Of a stretch of 64,000 nt of DNA, positions 1 to 8,797 are shown in pieces. Made by a program: the position numbers and the translations under genes. Positions within the stretch are counted from its first letter, which is position 1, and every line of letters begins with the position of its first letter. Source of the DNA: an uncultured Clostridia bacterium (GTDB lineage Bacteria > Bacillota > Clostridia > Oscillospirales > CAG-272); contig CALWQR010000002.1 of assembly GCA_944383705.1 (NCBI GenBank), positions 5,118 through 69,117 on the forward strand, read 5' to 3'. The notes beneath the pieces were generated by a model. That model made no database searches. It saw nothing but the letters and a program-made list of their open reading frames with translations, and had not been told where the DNA came from.

Positions 1-438
1 GATTTCATCGATTTTACCCTGATCAACTTTGCGGTTTTCAACGTGGCGGATTCCTTTGTCACGGTAGGGGCGGGTATTCTGATTGTGTATCTGATTGTCG
101 GCGAGGTGCGCGAGGTGCGGGCCGCCCGCCGGAGCCGTCAGACCGGAGCCGCGCCCGCAGAGGACGGCCATGCGGGGGACGCCCCCTCTACGGAACCCCC
201 GCCGTCCGCCGCCCCGGAAGTCGGCCATGCGGGGGACGCCCCCTGCACGGAACCCCCGCCGTCCGCCGCCCCGCCCGCCAGTCCGGAAGCCGGACAGGCG
301 GCAGAGGCGCCCGGGGAGGCAGCGCTGGCGGACGGGGGACGGCGCCCGGCATCCCCGCCCCCCGGGCAGCCGGGAGAAACGCCCACGGCCCCCGGGCCGG
401 AGGCAGCGGACGGGCAGGACGAGCATGTGCCGCATTGA
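1..438 (+). CDS. lspA: Lipoprotein signal peptidase II, C-terminal fragment (5' end outside window) with a long Pro/Ala/Glu-rich tail
   Basis: Frame 1 from base 1 reads DFIDFTLINFAVFNVADSFVTVGAGILIVYLI, matching the conserved FNxAD membrane motif of signal peptidase II. The frame is open to the window edge. The gene lies directly upstream of and overlaps rluD, a conserved gene pair. Confidence 0.7.
   Translation, partial: DFIDFTLINFAVFNVADSFVTVGAGILIVYLIVGEVREVRAARRSRQTGAAPAEDGHAGDAPSTEPPPSAAPEVGHAGDAPCTEPPPSAAPPASPEAGQAAEAPGEAALADGGRRPASPPPGQPGETPTAPGPEAADGQDEHVPH
166..273 (+). repeat. 57-nt tandem duplication (two copies, second truncated) inside the lspA tail
   Basis: GGCCATGCGGGGGACGCCCCCT..ACGGAACCCCCGCCGTCCGCCGCCCCG occurs at 166 and again at 223. 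There are 2 mismatches over the first 51 nt. It encodes the repeated peptide GHAGDAP.TEPPPSAAP. Confidence 0.85.
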
Positions 439-1441
439 GGAAGTCCCGGAGCCGCTGGTGCTGGAGGCCGGCGCAGATATGGCCGGGCAGCGGCTGGATC
501 AGGCGGTGGCCGAGGCGGCCGGGGTGACCAGGTCTGCCGCGGCGCGGCTGATTGCCGACGGATATGTGCGGTGCAACGGCATGCCGGCCGCCAAAAACGA
601 CCGGCTGCGGGCGGGCGACCGGGTGGAAATTGTTCTGCCCGCGCCCGAGCCCTGCGAGGCCGTGCCGCAGGATCTGCCGCTGGATGTGGTGTATGAGGAC
701 GACGACATCATTGTGGTGAACAAGCCCTCGGGCATGGTGGTGCATCCGGCGGCCGGCAACCCGGACGGCACACTGGTCAACGCGCTGCTCTGGCACTGCG
801 GCGGCTCGCTCTCGGGCGTGGGCGGTGTGATCCGCCCCGGCATTGTTCACCGCATCGATAAGGACACCAGCGGGCTTCTGGTGTCGGCCAAGAACGATGC
901 GGCCCATCTGGCGCTTGCCGCGCAGCTGAAGGAGCACCGCATCCGCCGGGTTTATACCGCGGTTGCGCTGGGGAATCTGCGCGAAGAGAGCGGCACGGTC
1001 AACGCCCCGATCGGCCGGCACCCCACCGACCGCAAGCGCATGGCCGTGATCCGCAATCCCGAAGGCAGAGCCAGGGAGGCCGTGACGCACTGGCAGGTGC
1101 TCGCCCGGGGAACTGCCGATGGGGCGGCCTTTACGCTGCTGCGCTGCGAGCTGGAAACCGGACGCACGCATCAGATTCGTGTGCATCTCTCCTCGATCGG
1201 GCATCCGCTGCTGGGCGACCCGGTATACGGCAGCAATCACACCGCGTTCGAGACGCACCACCGCGCGCTGATCCGTGGGCAGTGCCTGCACGCGGGGGAG
1301 CTGCGGCTGCGCCATCCCCGCACCGGGCAGGAAATGCGCTTTGCCTGTCCGCCGCCCCCTGAGCTGTGCGAGACGGTGCGCCTGATTTTCGGCGCACAGG
1401 CGCTGGAGCGCATCCAAAACAGCAGTGAGAAAGAAAGGTGA
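425..1441 (+). CDS. rluD: 23S rRNA pseudouridine synthase, RluD subfamily (S4 domain plus RluA-type catalytic domain)
   Basis: The translation has an S4-like N-terminus (GQRLDQAVAEAAGVTRSAAARLI), the HRIDKDTSGLLV catalytic Asp motif and GRTHQIRVH. ATG at 425 chosen because the upstream part of the ORF is Arg/Pro junk in the lspA shadow frame. Confidence 0.9.
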   Translation: MCRIEEVPEPLVLEAGADMAGQRLDQAVAEAAGVTRSAAARLIADGYVRCNGMPAAKNDRLRAGDRVEIVLPAPEPCEAVPQDLPLDVVYEDDDIIVVNKPSGMVVHPAAGNPDGTLVNALLWHCGGSLSGVGGVIRPGIVHRIDKDTSGLLVSAKNDAAHLALAAQLKEHRIRRVYTAVALGNLREESGTVNAPIGRHPTDRKRMAVIRNPEGRAREAVTHWQVLARGTADGAAFTLLRCELETGRTHQIRVHLSSIGHPLLGDPVYGSNHTAFETHHRALIRGQCLHAGELRLRHPRTGQEMRFACPPPPELCETVRLIFGAQALERIQNSSEKER

Positions 1442-1447
1442 GCGCAT

Positions 1448-2266
1448 ATGCGGGTCGGTTCGGGTGACGGCATGGGAGAAAGAAGCGGCAGGCGGCCGGA
1501 TCTTGGCGGGTGGTTTACTGTGGAGCGGTTGGATGCCGGAACCTATGCCGTCAGTGAATACAGGCACTGGGAGGAGACGCACTGCTACCTCCTGCTGGCA
1601 TCGCGCAACGCGGTGCTGATTGACACTGGTCTTGGCGTCGGCGACATCCGGCAGGCTGTGGAGGAGCTGACGTCTCTTCCGGTCGCCGTGCTGACTACGC
1701 ACGCGCACTGGGATCACATCGGAGGGCATGCGCGGTTTGATGACATTGCCGTGCATGAGGCAGAGGCGGGCTGGCTGGAGGGCGGCTTTCCGCTCTCCCG
1801 CGACGCTGTGCTGGCCAATCTGTTGCGCAGACCCTGCCGGTTTCCCGATGATTTCCGCCCGGAGGACTACCGGATTTTTCAGGGAAGGCCCCGGCGTTTG
1901 CTGCATGACGGGCAGCTTCTGGATTTCGGAGACCGCCGTCTGACCGTTCTGCATACCCCCGGACATTCTCCGGGGCATTGCTGCTTTTATGAGCCGGAGC
2001 GGGGGTATCTGTTTTCCGGCGATCTGATTTACGCGGGCTGTCTGGACGCTTTTTATCCTTCCACCGATCCGCTCCTGTTCCGGCAGTCGGTGCAAAGGGT
2101 GGGGGAGCTGGCGGTGAACAGGCTGTTCCCGGGGCACCACCGGCTGGATGTTCCGGTGTCTCTGATCGGCGACGTTGCAAACGGCTTTTGCCGCCTTGCC
2201 GAGAGCGGGGAGCTGGAGCAGGGAAGCGGGGTATTTGATTTCGGCATGTTTCAGATTCATCTGTGA
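1448..2266 (+). CDS. MBL-fold metallo-hydrolase
   Basis: Contains THAHWDHIGG (HxHxDH motif) and HTPGHSPGH. AAAGGTGA RBS upstream. Starts 7 nt after the rluD stop. Confidence 0.8.
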   Translation: MRVGSGDGMGERSGRRPDLGGWFTVERLDAGTYAVSEYRHWEETHCYLLLASRNAVLIDTGLGVGDIRQAVEELTSLPVAVLTTHAHWDHIGGHARFDDIAVHEAEAGWLEGGFPLSRDAVLANLLRRPCRFPDDFRPEDYRIFQGRPRRLLHDGQLLDFGDRRLTVLHTPGHSPGHCCFYEPERGYLFSGDLIYAGCLDAFYPSTDPLLFRQSVQRVGELAVNRLFPGHHRLDVPVSLIGDVANGFCRLAESGELEQGSGVFDFGMFQIHL

Positions 2267-2277
2267 GGAGAAGCCCG

Positions 2278-2817
2278 ATGAAAATTGCGATTTTGGGCTA
2301 CAGCGGGAGCGGAAAATCCACGCTGGCGCGGAAGCTGGGCGCGCTGTACGGGCTGCCGGTGCTGCATCTGGACAGCGTGCAGTTTCTGCCGGGCTGGCAG
2401 ATCCGGGACCGGGAGGAGGCGCAAGGCATGGTGCGGGCGTTTCTGGATACGCACGCCGAATGGGTCATTGACGGCAGCTATCGCCGCTTTGCGCAGGAGG
2501 AGCGGCTGGAGCAGGCCGACCGGATTGTCCTGATGCTGTTCCCGCGCCTGGTCAGCCTGTTCCGCTGCTGGAAGCGGTACCGGAAATACAGGAATACCAC
2601 CCGCGAGGACATGTCCCCCGGGTGCCCGGAGAAGCTGGACGCCGAATTTGTCTGCTGGATCCTCTGGAAGGGACGCGGACACAGCGTCCGGGCGCATTAC
2701 CGCCGGATTGCAAAGCAGTATGCGGAAAAAACGGTGATTCTGCGCTCCCAGCGGCAGATCGACCGCTTTGTGCGCAGCTGCCGGGCCAGCCGGCCACCGG
2801 AACAGAACGCCGGGTAA
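2278..2817 (+). CDS. P-loop NTPase, adenylate-kinase-like (DNA topology modulation FlaR-like family)
   Basis: MKIAILGYSGSGKSTLARKL Walker A at the N-terminus. Size and layout fit the FlaR/AAA-kinase family. GAGGAG RBS lies 6 nt upstream of ATG 2278. Confidence 0.7.
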   Translation: MKIAILGYSGSGKSTLARKLGALYGLPVLHLDSVQFLPGWQIRDREEAQGMVRAFLDTHAEWVIDGSYRRFAQEERLEQADRIVLMLFPRLVSLFRCWKRYRKYRNTTREDMSPGCPEKLDAEFVCWILWKGRGHSVRAHYRRIAKQYAEKTVILRSQRQIDRFVRSCRASRPPEQNAG

Positions 2818-2860
2818 GCCGGAGGAAAACGGCAGACCGCAGCAGCGTCTTGGGCCGGCT

Positions 2861-2898
2861 TTTGCGGGGGCGCTCCCCATGGGAGGCGCCCCCGCAAA
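2861..2898 (+). terminator. GC-rich hairpin downstream of the P-loop kinase gene (possible terminator, no U-tract)
   Basis: TTTGCGGGGGCGCTCCCC-ATGG-GAGGCGCCCCCGCAAA, a near-perfect inverted repeat with one bulge. Confidence 0.4.
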
Positions 2899-2953
2899 GC
2901 GTCTCCGAAATAGAAACAAAATGTAAAGAAACACCGAAGTGCCGGGCGGAATC

Positions 2954-2982
2954 TTGACATTTCGGGCCGGATATGGTATGAT
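2954..2982 (+). promoter_or_regulatory. Sigma-A-type promoter for the surface protein gene
   Basis: TTGACA (2954-2959), 17-nt spacer, TATGAT (2977-2982) preceded by TGg (extended -10). Confidence 0.6.
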
Positions 2983-3095
2983 ATACGGTAAGAGCCCGCG
3001 CGGCCGCGGCGGGGGGAATAGCCCCGCCCGCAGCTGCGGCGCTCCGGCCGGGCATTGCCATGGCAGCAACCTTTTACGGAGAGAACGGAACCCAG

Positions 3096-6000
3096 ATGAA
3101 AAAAACAAGGATGGCCGGCCGTCTGCCGGTGTGGATTGCGGGCCTGCTGTGCCTGCTGACCCTGTTCGGAACCACGGCCGCGGCCGCTCCCCGGGCGGAG
3201 AAAACCCCGGAGGAGGGAGAGATTGCGGTCACCGCCTCGGCACTGTTTGAGGCGCTGTTCGGCGAGAGCGAGGCTCCGCTGACCGAGGCCGAGCGCGCAG
3301 CGCTGGACGCGATGGTGGAGGTTTCTCTGCGCTACAACCGCAGCATTCCCGATACAACGGTGACAACGGCATATGACGGAGAGGCCGGCCGCCTGACCGT
3401 ACAGGTGCAGTCTTACCTCTACCAGGCCTCCAACGGGCAGGCCGTGCGCTGGGTCCCCGATGCGGTGACCCTGCACTATCAGGACGGCGTCTATACCGAG
3501 CAGCTGCAGGCGCCGCAGGGAGAGGACTCTTATGTCTGCCAGTTTGACGGCATCTGGAATTCGGACGATTTTACCCTGGATGTGGAGTTTGTCTGGCAGG
3601 TGGAAATATCGGCAGGGACGGCGGACGAGCTGCTGACGCTGCCGTATGCGGTCGCGCAGGATGCACTGGAGCAGATGCAGGCCTATGAGGCCGCCAAGGA
3701 AAGCTACGACAGTGCGGACAGCGCCTACCGTGACTATCTTGCCGCCCTGGCGCAGTACGAAGCCGACAGCGAGGCCTATGCCGCGTATCTGGCCGTCAAG
3801 CAGGCGTATGACGAGAAAAAAGCCGCCTATGACGCATATCTGGCCGCAAAGGCGGAGTATGACGCGCAGGTGCAGGCCTATGCCGTGTATCTGGAAAAGA
3901 AAAAGGCCTATGAGGAGGCCGAGGCGGCATATTATGCCTACGAGGCGTTCCGGCAGGAGTATACCGAAGTTTACGCTGCCTATGAGCGGTATCTCGGCGA
4001 GCTGGAGGGCGCGCTCTCCCGGCTGAATATCATGGAGAGCATGTTCGTATCGGACAGCCACGGCTGGCAGTTTTACGGCGGGGTGATGGGCGCCACCGTG
4101 GACATGGTGCTGGCCAACCGCGAGGAGCTCATCAAGTATGCGGTGGTCGATCCCGACTCGATTGACGCTGCCTACGACGCCACGCAGGCGCTGCGCCCGG
4201 TGCTCCGGGGCTACGCCGAGGTGCGCTCGGCCGACTATGCCACCGAGCTGGAGCGCTACCGGGCCGAATTTGCCTACTATACCGCGAATTTTGAGGCCAT
4301 CCGGGACGGCGTCAACGCCCTGAACCGGGCGCTGCGTAACATCTACTACGCCAACAGCGGCCTGCAAACCGCCATGCGGAACGATCCGCGCACCAAGGAC
4401 AAGGTGGAGCATTTTCACCAGTTCCTGGGGCAGCTCTATGTGCTTTCCTGCGCGCTGAACGACGCCGAGACGCTGGACCCGTCCCAGACCGTATCCAAAT
4501 ATCACAGCGAAACCGTCGCCGAGCTGGTGGAGGCCCCCCTGCTGCTGGCCGACAGCAACCATGCGCACCCCGCCGGCGTTACGCTGCCCGAGGTGGAGGT
4601 GGTGCTGCCCGACAATATCCCGGAGCCGGTCGAAAAGCCGGTCAAGGATTTTGAGGATATGGAGGATCCCTCCAAAACCGGCGCACCGGCCGTGGTGGCC
4701 GACCCCGGCCCGGCCCCGGCCGTGGTGGCCGACCCCGGCCAGGCTCCCACGCCGGTGGACCCGCCCGTTGGCGAGCCGCCCGTCCGCCCCGACCTGTCGG
4801 ACGAGGCCGTTGCGCTGGCAGGGGAGCTGGAGGACGGCATTCTGCCGCAGCGGCAGCCGCGGGGAACGGCGCAGCTGTTTGCGGTGCGCGAGACGGTCTC
4901 CTGCCTGCGCTCGCTGACCAACAAGAAAACCGTCACCTTTTACGATTGGCAGGGCAACAAGCTTGGCGAGGCGCTGGTGGAATACGGCGCCTCGGTGACC
5001 CCGCCGGACGCCGCCCGCCCGGCCGACGCGCAATATACCTATCTGTTCCTTGGCTGGGTATCCCGCGACGGCGGGGAGACCGGGCAGACCGTGAATCTGC
5101 AGTCGGTGACCGAAAATCTCTCGCTCTCCCCGCTTTACCGGCGAGTGGAGCGGGAGTACCGCATCAGCTGGGTGGTCAACGGCAAAACCGTGACGCAGGT
5201 CTACCACTGGGGGGATACCCCGGTCTGCCCGGTGAGCACCGACCGGCCGGCCGACAGCCTGGAGTATGCCTTTGCAGGCTGGTCCCCGGCCGTAACGCCC
5301 GTGCAGGGCGACGCCGTATATACAGCGCAGTATACCGAGTCGCCCCGGACCTATACCGTTAGCTGGGATCTCGGGGACCGCGTTCTCACCTCGCAGCACA
5401 CCTACGGGGAGATGCCGGAATGCCCCGTGACCCCCTCCCGCGCGCCGGACGACCGGGTGTATACCTTCCTCGGCTGGGACCGCGCCCTGCGGGCGGTGAC
5501 AGAGGACGTCACCTATACCGCGCGCTACCAGGAGACCGTGCTGGGGGTTGGCAATGACGGCTCCGCCTGTGCGGCCGAGCACTCGGATACCGCCGTGACG
5601 CTGGTGTCGGAGCAGCCGGCGGTCAATTTTGCGGCCGCCGCGCAGTACGCCCGGGAGCAGGGCAAAAGCCTGGTGCTGCGCTGGGAGAGCCTGCCGCCCC
5701 GGATGGCGGCTGGTCTGCTGGCCGGCGCTGCCGCGTCGGGCGGCAGCTGGTCGGTCACCCTGAGCCCCGCCCTGCTGGACGCGCTGGGCGATGCCCTGTG
5801 CACCAAGCTGGAGTGGACGCAGTCCGCGGGGGAGACCGAGGAGGCGGTGCTGTTCCGCCTGCGCTGCCTCGACAGCGCGGGGGTGGAGGTCTCCTTTGCA
5901 CAGGCGCTGCCGGTGACGGTGACCTATGCGCCGTCGGCCGGCATGTATGCCATGGTCTATCATCTGACCAACGGCGGGGAGCGGACCGAGGCGGAGCTGA

Positions 6001-6734
6001 CCCGCTATGCCGACGGCCGCGCCGAACTCTCGGTCACTCCCGGCGCACAGATGCTCTTCTGCCCGGAGTATCAGCTCAGCTTCAGCGACCCGACCGAAAA
6101 CTGCAACCTCACCGCCTTCCCGCAGCACATGCCGGCCGGCGCGGTGGTGGAGCTGAACGCCAACTGCACCTACGGCTATGAGATTTCCTCTGCCGAGCTG
6201 GTGTATGCCGACGGTACGCGCGAGACCGTCACGCAGTCCTTTGTCATGCCGCGCGGCGCGGTGTCGGTGGAACTGAAGGTGACAAGGATTGTCTATCACG
6301 TCAGCTTTGTGGTGGAAGGTACCGTGGTTTCCGAGATGGATTTGTTTTTCGGCGAGGAAATTCCTCTGCCGGCCGACCCGACCCGACCCGAGGACGACCG
6401 CTACACCTATACCTTTGCGGGCTGGTCCCCCTATGTCAGCGTGGCCGCCGGGGAGAACCGCTCGCCGGTTTACACCGCCACCTTTACTCCGGTGGAAAAG
6501 CAGGACATCGCCGGTACCGACAGCACCCGCGACCCCTTCCTGACCGTAATGGTGCCCATTCTCTGCGCCGTGCTGGTGGCTTTGGTGGTGCTGGTGGTGC
6601 TGTGCGTCCGCTTCCGCCGGCAGATTGGCCGCGCGCTGGTCCGCGCGGGCAGATGGCTGTGCGTGCATGTCTCGGCCGCCGCTGCATGGGTGCGCGACCG
6701 TGTCCGCCGCCGTCCGGACGACCGGGAGGAATGA
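3096..6734 (+). CDS. Large cell-surface protein: signal peptide, Ala/Tyr-rich coiled-coil-like region, four Listeria-Bacteroides (InlB B-repeat/Flg_new-like) repeats, C-terminal TM anchor
   Basis: N-terminus MKKTRMAGRLPVWIAGLLCLLTLFGTTAAAAP is signal-peptide-like. Repeated modules end in Y(T/A)F(A/L)GW (YLFLGWVS, YAFAGWSP, YTFLGWD, YTFAGWSP). C-terminal hydrophobic helix LTVMVPILCAVLVALVVLVVLCV is followed by RFRRQ. The start could also be 3060 or 3111. Confidence 0.8.
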   Translation: MKKTRMAGRLPVWIAGLLCLLTLFGTTAAAAPRAEKTPEEGEIAVTASALFEALFGESEAPLTEAERAALDAMVEVSLRYNRSIPDTTVTTAYDGEAGRLTVQVQSYLYQASNGQAVRWVPDAVTLHYQDGVYTEQLQAPQGEDSYVCQFDGIWNSDDFTLDVEFVWQVEISAGTADELLTLPYAVAQDALEQMQAYEAAKESYDSADSAYRDYLAALAQYEADSEAYAAYLAVKQAYDEKKAAYDAYLAAKAEYDAQVQAYAVYLEKKKAYEEAEAAYYAYEAFRQEYTEVYAAYERYLGELEGALSRLNIMESMFVSDSHGWQFYGGVMGATVDMVLANREELIKYAVVDPDSIDAAYDATQALRPVLRGYAEVRSADYATELERYRAEFAYYTANFEAIRDGVNALNRALRNIYYANSGLQTAMRNDPRTKDKVEHFHQFLGQLYVLSCALNDAETLDPSQTVSKYHSETVAELVEAPLLLADSNHAHPAGVTLPEVEVVLPDNIPEPVEKPVKDFEDMEDPSKTGAPAVVADPGPAPAVVADPGQAPTPVDPPVGEPPVRPDLSDEAVALAGELEDGILPQRQPRGTAQLFAVRETVSCLRSLTNKKTVTFYDWQGNKLGEALVEYGASVTPPDAARPADAQYTYLFLGWVSRDGGETGQTVNLQSVTENLSLSPLYRRVEREYRISWVVNGKTVTQVYHWGDTPVCPVSTDRPADSLEYAFAGWSPAVTPVQGDAVYTAQYTESPRTYTVSWDLGDRVLTSQHTYGEMPECPVTPSRAPDDRVYTFLGWDRALRAVTEDVTYTARYQETVLGVGNDGSACAAEHSDTAVTLVSEQPAVNFAAAAQYAREQGKSLVLRWESLPPRMAAGLLAGAAASGGSWSVTLSPALLDALGDALCTKLEWTQSAGETEEAVLFRLRCLDSAGVEVSFAQALPVTVTYAPSAGMYAMVYHLTNGGERTEAELTRYADGRAELSVTPGAQMLFCPEYQLSFSDPTENCNLTAFPQHMPAGAVVELNANCTYGYEISSAELVYADGTRETVTQSFVMPRGAVSVELKVTRIVYHVSFVVEGTVVSEMDLFFGEEIPLPADPTRPEDDRYTYTFAGWSPYVSVAAGENRSPVYTATFTPVEKQDIAGTDSTRDPFLTVMVPILCAVLVALVVLVVLCVRFRRQIGRALVRAGRWLCVHVSAAAAWVRDRVRRRPDDREE

Positions 6735-6781
6735 CGGGCAGACCCCTGCGAGGGAGTCCGGCCTTCCGGCGGGCGGATTCA

Positions 6782-6810
6782 GGGGGCCGCCTCCCCGGGA
6801 GGCGGCCCCC
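6782..6810. terminator. Bidirectional GC hairpin between convergent genes
   Basis: GGGGGCCGCCTCC-CCG-GGAGGCGGCCCCC, a 13-bp perfect stem lying between the surface protein stop (6734) and the TetR fragment stop (6838). No clear U-tract. Confidence 0.5.
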
Positions 6811-6837
6811 TGCGCGGCCTTTGCCGCAGCGGTCGCT

Positions 6838-7400
6838 TCAGCGCTGGATTTCCTTTTCGCACGATGCGGCGGCAAGCGCCATTTTCAGCACCACGTCGGC
6901 AAATTCCTTTGCGCCGATGGGGAAGCCGGCCTCAATCCAGTCCCCCAGCAGGCCAATCACACCGCTGACGATAAACAGGTATTCGTACCTTGCCAGCAGC
7001 GCATCCCCCGGCCCGGCTGCGGCGCGGTATTTGTCCAGCACCGCTTCCACCAGCCGCCGGGTAAAGGCCAGGCTGTCGGGCTGCAGAATCAGGACGCGGA
7101 ACATGCGCTGGTTTCCTGGATGTATGCAAAAAAGCGCTCCAGGAGTTCCACAAACTGCCGGTCCGAGGTGATGGCGTCGGGCTCCGACAGGACGGGAATC
7201 TGGCTCAGCACATGGTTCTCAATGTCCCGGCGCAGCATGACAACGTCCTCGTAATGCGCATAAAAGGAGGTCCGGTTCACATCGGCTTCCTTGCAGATTT
7301 CGGTGACCGACAGCTTCTGCTTCCGGCCGTCCAGTATCAGCCGGAAATAGGCGTCCTGAGTCATCTGCCTGGTCATGCGCTCCCGTCTACTTTCTGCCAT
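6838..7400 (-). pseudogene. TetR-family regulator (DhaS-like) split by a 1-nt frameshift into ORFs 7089-7400 and 6838-7104
   Basis: The upstream ORF has the TetR HTH (LSVTEICKEADVNRTSFYAHYEDV). The downstream ORF is the ligand-domain half. Reading FFAYIQE then NQRMFRVLILQ is restored if one A is added to the AAA run (plus-strand TTT 7112-7114). AAAGGAGGAAG RBS precedes ATG 7400. Confidence 0.65.
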
Positions 7401-7452
7401 CGCTCGGCTTCCTCCTTTGTTTACAAAAACTTTTCATTTGGAATTGCTGTGT

Positions 7453-7482
7453 TTCCGACAGTTTGTTTTGTTCCTGTCGGAA
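7453..7482. promoter_or_regulatory. Inverted repeat in the TetR / acyl-ligase divergent region (possible operator)
   Basis: TTCCGACAG-N12-CTGTCGGAA, 9-bp perfect arms. Confidence 0.3.
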
Positions 7483-7556
7483 GCACACCGATTTTGCCAA
7501 TACTGATTCTTGACATTCCGGTCTCCTGCCGCTGTCATTATAGTACACAACAGGCA

Positions 7557-7574
7557 ATTTGTCAATGGACAAAT
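7557..7574. promoter_or_regulatory. Palindrome just upstream of the acyl-ligase RBS (possible TetR-type operator)
   Basis: ATTTGTC-AATG-GACAAAT, 7-bp perfect arms, ending about 10 nt before the GGGGAGGG RBS of the 7598 ORF. Confidence 0.35.
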
Positions 7575-7597
7575 GATCGGGGAGGGAATACAGAATC

Positions 7598-8797
7598 ATG
7601 AAGCACGACGGACAATGGTACAGGGAAACCAGATTTGCGGATTTCCGCGAGCTGATCAACCACAGCGCCGCGCACTATGGCAGGCGCACGGCGTTTGCAA
7701 TCAAAACCGCGGACGGCTGGCTGCGGCAAATCAGCTACCGGGAATTCCGGCAGCGGTATTACGCGCTGTGCGCGCGGCTGGCGGCCGACGGGCTGCGCGG
7801 GGCGCGCATTGCCGTGACGGGCCCCAACTGCTACGAGTGGGTGCTGGCCTATGTTGCCGCCGCAACGGTGGGGGTGGCCGTTCCGCTGGACAGGGAACTG
7901 CAGGCCGCCGACATTGCCAACTTTGTCCGCTCTGCTGACTGCCGGGCGGTCTGCCTGGCCGACGGAATGGCGCAGGACCTGCTCCCCGCGCTGCCGCAGG
8001 GGCTGCGGGTGTACCGCTTTTCCGGGCTGGAGGAGGGAAGCGGGGAGCCCACCCCGGCCGAGGTGGCAGCCATTGACGGGATTTTCATTGCACCGGACCG
8101 GATGCAGGTGCTGATTTTCACCTCGGGTACCACGGGCAGCGTCAAGGGGGTGTGCCTTTCGCAGTTTGCCATCTGCTCGGATATCTATTCGACGGTGCGG
8201 GCGGTGAAGATCCGGCCGCAGGATGTGACGCTGTCGGTTCTCCCGCTGCACCACACCTACGAATGCACCCTGAACTGCCTGCTGCCCCTGTCGCGCGGGG
8301 CCAAAATCACCTACTGCGAAGGGCTGACGAAAATCCAGAAAAACATCGTGGAATACTCCCCGACCGTGCTGGTGGTGGTCCCGGCGCTGCTGGGCGTGCT
8401 CAGCAGGCGCATCTGCCATTCCGTCGCCAGGGAATGTCCGAAGCGCTACCGGCCGCTGTTTGAGGCCGGGCGCCTGGCCGGGGCAATGGCTGCCGTGCCG
8501 TTTCCGCTGCGCCGGCTGATCCGCGCCCGGGTCGGCAAATCGCTGGGCGGCCGGCTGCGGCTGATGATTGTCGGCGCGGCGGACCTGGACCCGGCGCTGG
8601 TGGAGGATTTTGCGTCGCTGGGCATCCGCACCCTGCAGGGCTACGGTCTGACCGAATGCGCCCCGCTGCTGGCCGGCAACAACGATTTTTATCTGAATCC
8701 ACGGTCCACGGGCATTGCCATGCCGGGCATTCAGCTGAAAATCGACCGCCCGAATGCCGAAGGGGTCGGCGAAATTCTTGCCCGGGGAGGATTGTGA
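7598..8797 (+). CDS. AMP-dependent acyl-CoA synthetase/ligase (FadD15-like), truncated after the N-terminal domain; probably a gene remnant
   Basis: Carries the FTSGTTGSVKGVCLS (A3) and GYGLTECAPL (A5) adenylation motifs. The ORF stops right after GEILARGG, before the expected TGD and GRxKD hinge motifs. Confidence 0.7.
   Translation: MKHDGQWYRETRFADFRELINHSAAHYGRRTAFAIKTADGWLRQISYREFRQRYYALCARLAADGLRGARIAVTGPNCYEWVLAYVAAATVGVAVPLDRELQAADIANFVRSADCRAVCLADGMAQDLLPALPQGLRVYRFSGLEEGSGEPTPAEVAAIDGIFIAPDRMQVLIFTSGTTGSVKGVCLSQFAICSDIYSTVRAVKIRPQDVTLSVLPLHHTYECTLNCLLPLSRGAKITYCEGLTKIQKNIVEYSPTVLVVVPALLGVLSRRICHSVARECPKRYRPLFEAGRLAGAMAAVPFPLRRLIRARVGKSLGGRLRLMIVGAADLDPALVEDFASLGIRTLQGYGLTECAPLLAGNNDFYLNPRSTGIAMPGIQLKIDRPNAEGVGEILARGGL

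Noticed and set aside
188-2260. 690-aa minus-strand ORF spanning lspA, rluD and the MBL hydrolase
   Set aside because: It is antisense to three genes with clear family motifs. Its composition is low-complexity R/P/G/A with no recognisable domain.
2697-6875. 1392-aa ORF on the minus strand, antisense to the surface protein gene
   Set aside because: The translation is Arg/Gly/His/Pro-rich junk with no motifs. The plus-strand frame has a signal peptide, repeat domains, a TM anchor and a promoter. Long stop-free antisense frames are expected in GC-rich DNA.
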